Shown here piece after piece: positions 57,140 to 64,000 of a DNA stretch of 64,000 bases. Where the stretch lies: the NCBI RefSeq assembly GCF_006345805.1, contig NW_021830455.1, positions 1,439-65,438 of the forward strand. Direction: 5' to 3'. The DNA is from Octopus sinensis. Taxonomy: Eukaryota. The notes beneath the pieces were generated by a model, which saw only the letters and a list, made by a program, of their open reading frames with translations, had not been told where the DNA came from and did no database searches. Within the stretch, counting starts at the first letter, position 1, and each line of letters begins with the position of its first letter. A program made the position numbers and the translations under genes.

Positions 57140-57384
57140 AACTAATATGAAATATTAAATGAAATCTAGTTTTTGATCCGTACATAATTTATTCACTCCA
57201 AAACCACGGATCACAAACCTGACCTCCAGAAATTGAAACTATAGAACTTAAGTATTGATATCCAAATAACAAATGAAATTTTAATTGATGTTCATTTTAG
57301 TCTACGAATGTATGGCCCTTTAAATTTATCTAATATTGATTTACTCTATAAGCACATGAAGACGGATAATCGGTAGTGTTGTAA

Positions 57385-57550
57385 GAAGTCGAACAAATGC
57401 CTTCCGGCTCTTTACGATCTGTGTTCAAACCTTGCCGAAGTCGACTTTGCCTTTTATAGTTTCAAGGCCGGTAAATTAAACTACCAGTCAGTTATCAGTG
57501 CTGGTATGATCAACATGTAGCCCTCACTCAAGAATTACTGGCCTTGGACA
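57385..57550 (+). mobile_element. SINE family B, diverged
   Basis: gtgttcaaaccttgccgaagtcgactttgccttttat...ctaccagt...ctggccttg. Confidence 0.7.
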
Positions 57551-57884
57551 CTACAACGGAGCTGCGCCTCTTTCAGCGGAATGTCGTAATGTTGGTCACT
57601 GAAACGCAATGGAATCTTCATGACTGACTTTATAAGAGAACCAAGTCTTGCGAAAAAAAAAAAGACAAGAAGAAAAGACAGAAAAACAAATATTGATAAA
57701 AGGGGTTAAAAATTAGGAGAAATAAACACGTGATTCTGTCGACTCTAGAAGATGCCTGAGACTTTTATTTCATCGGTTCCATGCTGGGTTTGTTTCCTTT
57801 GGTGGAATTTCTCTCATTCGACTTCAACGCCAGTGACGTCTTACTTCTTCAATGGTATGCATGTCTGTATGCGTGGTAGGCATG

Positions 57885-58115
57885 TCTCATCATCCTCCTT
57901 CACAACATCATCAATAGCCATCATCATTATCATCGTCGTAGTCGTCGACTACATCATTTATCATTGTCGTCGTCCACGTCATCATCATTTATCATCATCA
58001 TCATCATCGTCGACGTCAACGTCCTTATCATCATCATCATCACCATCATCACCACCATCATCACTATCACTACAGACATCATCATCATCAATACCATCAC
58101 TACCAACAACACCGC

Positions 58116-58173
<58 letters not shown>

Positions 58174-58265
58174 GTCATCATCATCATCATCATCATTATC
58201 ACCATCATCACCACCATCATCACTATCACTACCACCATCATCATCATCAATACCATCACCACCAC

Positions 58266-58298
<33 letters not shown>

Positions 58299-58343
58299 TC
58301 TCATCATCATCATCATCATCATCGTCGTCGTCGTCTTCATCGC

Positions 58344-58418
<75 letters not shown>

Positions 58419-58480
58419 CATTATAATTGTTATCATCATCATCATCATTATTATTATTATTATTATTATTATGATCATCA

Positions 58481-58514
<34 letters not shown>

Positions 58515-58555
58515 CATCATCATTATTATTATTATCATTATTATTACTGCCATCA
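57885..58555. repeat. (CAT)n then (TAT)n compound array
   Basis: Directly visible. The caccatcatcaccaccatcatcactatcactac block is duplicated internally. Confidence 0.95.
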
Positions 58556-58992
58556 TTTCGGTGGAGACAGTAATGATTAATTCCTGCGAAAAAGAAATAT
58601 CAAATTAGATAATTATACACGATTATAATTACACTTCGACATATTCTTCGCGTATGTTATACAAGAGTTATCCGATATCACCAGCGACCGAGCCTTCCTT
58701 TGTCTCTCGCACATTCTGCCTCTACTCTCCCATATAGACTTCGGTAATATTAATGATTTAACTAATTACTACTACATCATTCTATAAATTACTGTTGAGA
58801 TAATTAGAAACACATCTATACATCTTCACACTATACACACACACACACACACACACGGATATGCATTTATGTATATTTACATATCATACACATTATATAC
58901 ATATTCATACATACATATATATTCGTATATACATGCATATACATACACACACATACATATATATATATATAATATATATATATATATATACG

Positions 58993-59025
<33 letters not shown>

Positions 59026-60094
59026 TATATATAATATATATATATACATACATATATAGATAGATATAGATATATATATATACATATATATACATGTATA
59101 TATATATATATATATAAATACTTATATATATATATTTATATAGATATACATAGATACACACATGTATATTTATATATATGTGTGCATATGTGTGTGTGTG
59201 TGTGTGTATATGCGGTGGCCAAAAGTCAGAGCCATTAGAGAGTCGGTTTGGCTGAAATGCATCTTATCCTGGTTTTGTCTTCGCACTTGCCCTGCTTTTT
59301 AGTTCATATCTTGTAGAAGTCATCCTTTTGCATGCGATGAAAAAATGCCATTTCTTAGCGGTGGATTTCCGAGACTGTTAAGCACTTGCTTAACATAACC
59401 TTTCATTATCTGTGGGATTCTTTGCATTGCGACAGCAACCATTGGGACAACGCTGCTGTATTGGTCCGCGTCGGCTGTGTTTTAAACAACCTGAATGCAT
59501 TCGGCAACACCCTCGTTGACTCTGTAAGTCAGCTCTAGGTGGGATATTTATTTCTTAGAGACATTGTTATATTTCACTCCTGTATTACGTTCTTAAATGT
59601 ATGCTTATTAAATAGCAATGATCTGAGGAAATTGTAAACTATTTTCAATAGTGTTATAAACTGATAATTGATCCGATTTGAAAAACTATAGGTGCTGCCG
59701 AAAAACCAAAATATGTTTGAAATCAATATCAGAAATGTTTTCTATTACGTTGAAACTTGTCCCCGATGGGAATTATGTTTGATTAATGCATTCAATGATT
59801 TATTTGCACTTGGCAAAAGGCCAACACCCGTAGGCAAAAGAACTGGCTGAAGTTATTTTGGGTATATTGTCCGAAACCAGCCCTACAAAAGCAGGCCTAT
59901 CACCAAAAACATTGCGGCCCTGATCATCCCACAATTCAAATCGGAGAATAAATATTATGATACATATTATATATAGTTATTATAGTTATTATATTATGTG
60001 CATTCCACAGTAGCTTTCTATCCGTAATTCGCAAAGCCTTTCGGGCTTGTTCATAATAATATTATTTATGTAATATATATATATTTTTTGTTGT

Positions 60095-60322
60095 GACATT
60101 TGCCAGAGTTGTCACGTAGTGGGACTGAAACCGGAACCATGTGGTTGGTAATCAATCTACTTACCACTCCTGCGCTTGAGCTCAAAATCCTCCGAGGTTG
60201 ATTTTTGACTTTCATCATTTCGGGTTCATTAAAATAAGTACCAGTTGAACACTAGGGTCGACGTAATCGACTTAAACGCTCTCCCGAACTTGCTGACCTC
60301 ATTACAAAATTTGAAACCAATA
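60095..60322. mobile_element. SINE A head (-, 60095-60176) joined back to back with a SINE B body (+, 60177-60322)
   Basis: gggactgaaaccggaaccatgtggttggtaa...cctgcgc, then gagctcaaaatcctccgagg...aaaataagtaccagttgaacactagggtcgac. Confidence 0.8.
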
Positions 60323-60326
60323 TATA

Positions 60327-61347
60327 CAGGGTGTCCCAAAAGTCACTGTACACTTTCACTTTTTTCTATTTTGTTTCAGGTATCTTTCTGAGAGACGCAA
60401 GACCATCAGCATTTCAGACCTTAGACTTCGCAGTTTGCCCTTGGATTGCCAACTGACGTTAGAGCAAGCAACGTAGCAAAAGTGCCGTCTGGCAAGACGT
60501 TTTTCAGTCCCTTACCGTAGTTCAGTTTGAGAATGTTTTTGGCCGTCATACAGCTCCAATGCGTAGCACAATTTATGCTATCCATAGCAAGTTTCTCCAA
60601 ACAGGATATGCTCTTGACAAGCCACGCAGCTGAAGGCCTGCTACAACCATCACTGATGAAACACCGAACTCCTGAAGCGGGCGTTCGTGTAAAGGAGGAC
60701 TGCAGTGGGATTTAGCTTGAAAAAAACCTCGATTCACCAATATGCTATCGACTTCAGGTTATCCAAAGGCTTCAAGAGGAAGGTTATGATGCTCATGTAT
60801 GAATCGCTCCTCCAACATTACCAAAACGACTCTCAGCTCTTGGAAAACTTATAGTTCAACGATGAGTCATCTTTCGTCTCTCTGGTTGGGTAAAACGACA
60901 CAATTGTCGAATTTGGGGAAAGTCAAACCAGCAGAATTTCTCGAACACGAACGAATCTCTCTCCGAAGCTGATGGTATGGTGTGCCATGGGTAAGGGAAT
61001 GAACTCTTCCCAAAACTGCAATGTCTAAAGCAGTACTTTTCAAACTTCTTACTGAAGCGGAACCCCAAGGAAACATTCCACTGGCTCGAGGAACACATGT
61101 GCAATAATTTAATAGTCTTATGCACACATATCTGCACAGGAGAATTAAAAATTACTGTCGATTTTAGCAGTTTTGTAACTTCTTGCAGAACCCCTGGACT
61201 GTACTGGCGGAACCCTAAAGTTCCGCGGAACCCTGGTTGAAAACCACTGGTCTAAGGTATCAAATGTTGATAGCCTCACGTCTCTCCGAATAACACCTGA
61301 AACGAAATAAGAAAAAGAAAGTGTAGAGTGACTTTTAGGACACGACG
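60327..61347 (+). mobile_element. Internally deleted Tc1/mariner-superfamily transposon (DD41D/rosa-like) with ~115-bp TIRs
   Basis: TA|CAGGGTGTCCCAAAAGTCACTGTACACTTTC ... GAAAGTGTAGAGTGACTTTTAGGACACGACG|TA. Peptide relics: TIYAIHSKFLQTGYALDKPRS*RP, YRLQVIQRLQEE, FNDES/FRLSGWVKRHNCRIWGKSN/EHERISPKLMVWCAMG. Confidence 0.9.
61031..61249. mobile_element. hAT (Charlie-like) MITE nested in the right TIR of the Tc1/mariner element
   Basis: CAGTACTTTTCAAAC ... GGTTGAAAACCACTG termini, 8-bp TSD GTCTAAAG/GTCTAAGG, and internal GCGGAACCC subterminal repeats. Confidence 0.88.
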
Positions 61348-61915
61348 TATATTCATTTCACAACCCAACGTCAGGAGGCTCCGCAATCTAACTAAGTGTA
61401 TAATTCAGAAAAAAACATGGTGAAAAAATAAGGGTATGTAGATCACCAGTTGCTTGGGGACAGAAGTCCGTTTTTCGTTCCAATATTTTAGGCAAACGAG
61501 GTAAGAACAAACACTGATAATTTCGTATATAAACTATAAATCTGGTGTCCTAGAGTTTTGCGGAACCTAAACCATTTCTGCCAGAGGAATACTTTCTCTA
61601 CGATTAGGAATTAATGATGAGGGCCACATGCAAACATTTACCTCCTTCAAGAGCGCCAATATTATTCTTTTTCACTCATTTTCTGTGTATCGATCTCTCA
61701 TTTACTCTCTTTATTGTATTCATTGCTCTCGCTCTCTCTCTCTTCCGTTCTTTCGCTTTATATATGTGTGCGTGCGAACTTGTATGTGTGTGTATCTACT
61801 AAATGTTATATTTATATGCGTGTGTGTATGTAGGTAAGTGCGTGAGTATGCATATATATATATATAATATATATAAATATATATACACCAATATATACAT
61901 ATACATTATATATAC

Positions 61916-61963
<48 letters not shown>

Positions 61964-61965
61964 AT

Positions 61966-62018
<53 letters not shown>

Positions 62019-62234
62019 ATATATATACATGTATATATATGGCTTGTATGTTTCGTTTCTATATACATTTTTCATATATATGCAATTATAATCATGTATG
62101 CATAATCACACATACAGAAGCGCTGGCACACGAACAAATTATACACAAAGAAATATACACAAACATACATATGTATGTATTAGTATGTATAAGTATACCA
62201 GCGAATACATTATATATATGTGCATATGCATAAA

Positions 62235-62287
<53 letters not shown>

Positions 62288-62870
62288 GAGTGTGTGCGCG
62301 TGTGTGTGTATCTGTATATGTATTCCTGTATATTCACTCACGCAACTGTACACACATGACTTAATCAGTTTTCTGGAAACCATATTGAGAAGTGCTGTTT
62401 CGCCAACAACAATACGAAATATTTCCATCTACTCAAATGGCTTTTAAGTTTATATATTTTTTTTTATTTTCTGTCCTTCTGTTTTCGTTGTTTTATGTTT
62501 GTCGTTTACGTGTCTTTATCAATGTATTAATGTACTTCTGGTCTATTTTTTATCCTATTTATCATTGCTTTCTTGTCAAGTACTCTATATGGGCAATGTG
62601 TAAAAGACTGGTGTTTTTTTCCATTTTAAGCTCATAAAAAAATCATAATTCATTCCGTAGACGCAACAACATCCACAAACTTCACTCATACATATACATA
62701 CATATATATGTATGTATATACATATATATTATATACATACATATATATGTATATATATATATATATGTATATATATAATATATATACATATATATGTATA
62801 TATATATATATATAGATATATACATATATATACATATATATACAATATATATATATACATATATAATATA

Positions 62871-62949
<79 letters not shown>

Positions 62950-63089
62950 GACGCAATGTTGATAAACACACACACAGATATAGAATTCTACCACTTGTGT
63001 ATCTTAAGTATTAACTCACAAGTACATACATACATCTATATACATGCCTAAACACGTAGGAAACACACATGCATATACGATATATATAT

Positions 63090-63122
<33 letters not shown>

Positions 63123-64000
63123 TGATAGATATATATATAGATATAGATATATGATATATATATGTACTGTATATATATACGATATATATATATATGTTAT
63201 ATATATATATATATATATAAATATAAACTAATATATAGATATAGATATAAATATATATAACAATATATATAATATATATATATATATATACAATGTATAT
63301 ATACGTACACATACATGCATGTGTATGAGTTTGTGTGCATGTGTGTGTGCTTATCTGTGTGCGTGTATTATATATATATATATATATACATATATACAAT
63401 TTCGTATGCTGAAGAGCACACATTTATATACATCAAGATTCACACAAACATAAGAAACACAATGAAAGCGATACATTTTAATCAGAAACATGCACACGCA
63501 TCTAAACTTAGATACACAACGCACATATACACCCTCTTATACACACATGCCATATATTCGCGTTCAATCCAATACTCACATAGGCGTATATATAAAGTTA
63601 TATATAAGCTAACAATTACTTATAAATGCATGAATGCAAATACTCCCGGTGTTGCTCTCTCTCTCTGTGCCTCTTCCACTCTTTTCTATCTCTGTCTTCG
63701 TTTTACTCTTCTTCTCTGTCTCGTCCACCCACACAAATCTGACACCTGCAGCTACCCACATCGAAACACATACCCGTATCAAAAAATGGTAATTGTAAAT
63801 GGATCGGCATTGGTCTCGCTGATAACTATGCAACTGCCGAACCGGTGAATTACAGATGCGACCGATCATCTTCCCAGATTGCAAGGGTGTTCCGAATTCA
63901 CAAATACGTCTACCCCTACGCATATATTCGGGTGCATTCAACGTAAAACATGCGATAAACCGAGATGTTCCTCATCTGACCTACTTTTACTTTTTTCCCC

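Noticed and set aside
59210-59700. Tc1-like element starting gcggtggccaaaagt
   Set aside because: I found no matching right TIR and no transposase motif.
63750-63945. Possible terminal coding exon (LPTSKHIPVSKNGNCKWIGIG...)
   Set aside because: There is an open frame after a CAG, but no recognisable homology and no partner exons, so it cannot be supported.

Overview
This is AT-rich, microsatellite-saturated animal DNA, intergenic or deep intronic. Its SINE repertoire and density of TA/CA/CAT/TAA/GATA repeats suggest an octopus (coleoid cephalopod) genome, which is an inference. I can support no host protein-coding exon, and almost all listed ORFs are translations of simple repeats. The window is a mobile-element patchwork: three tRNA-derived SINE families (A with an internal microsatellite, B with a Meta-like domain, C with a V-like domain), two decayed R4/Dong-type non-LTR retrotransposon 3' ends in or next to microsatellites, and several DNA-transposon relics (mellifera-type mariner, a long-TIR Tc1/mariner with a nested hAT MITE, a pogo/Tigger-like MITE, a piggyBac-like TTAA MITE). 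The most interesting signal is a set of short non-coding elements, mostly lodged in (TA)n/(CA)n tracts, that carry minimal type-I hammerhead ribozyme folds: five clear ones and several degenerate. One has a G3:C8 core swap, and several sit at the apex of fold-back inverted repeats. This matches Penelope-like pseudo-LTR or retrozyme relics. All folds and alignments were done by eye.
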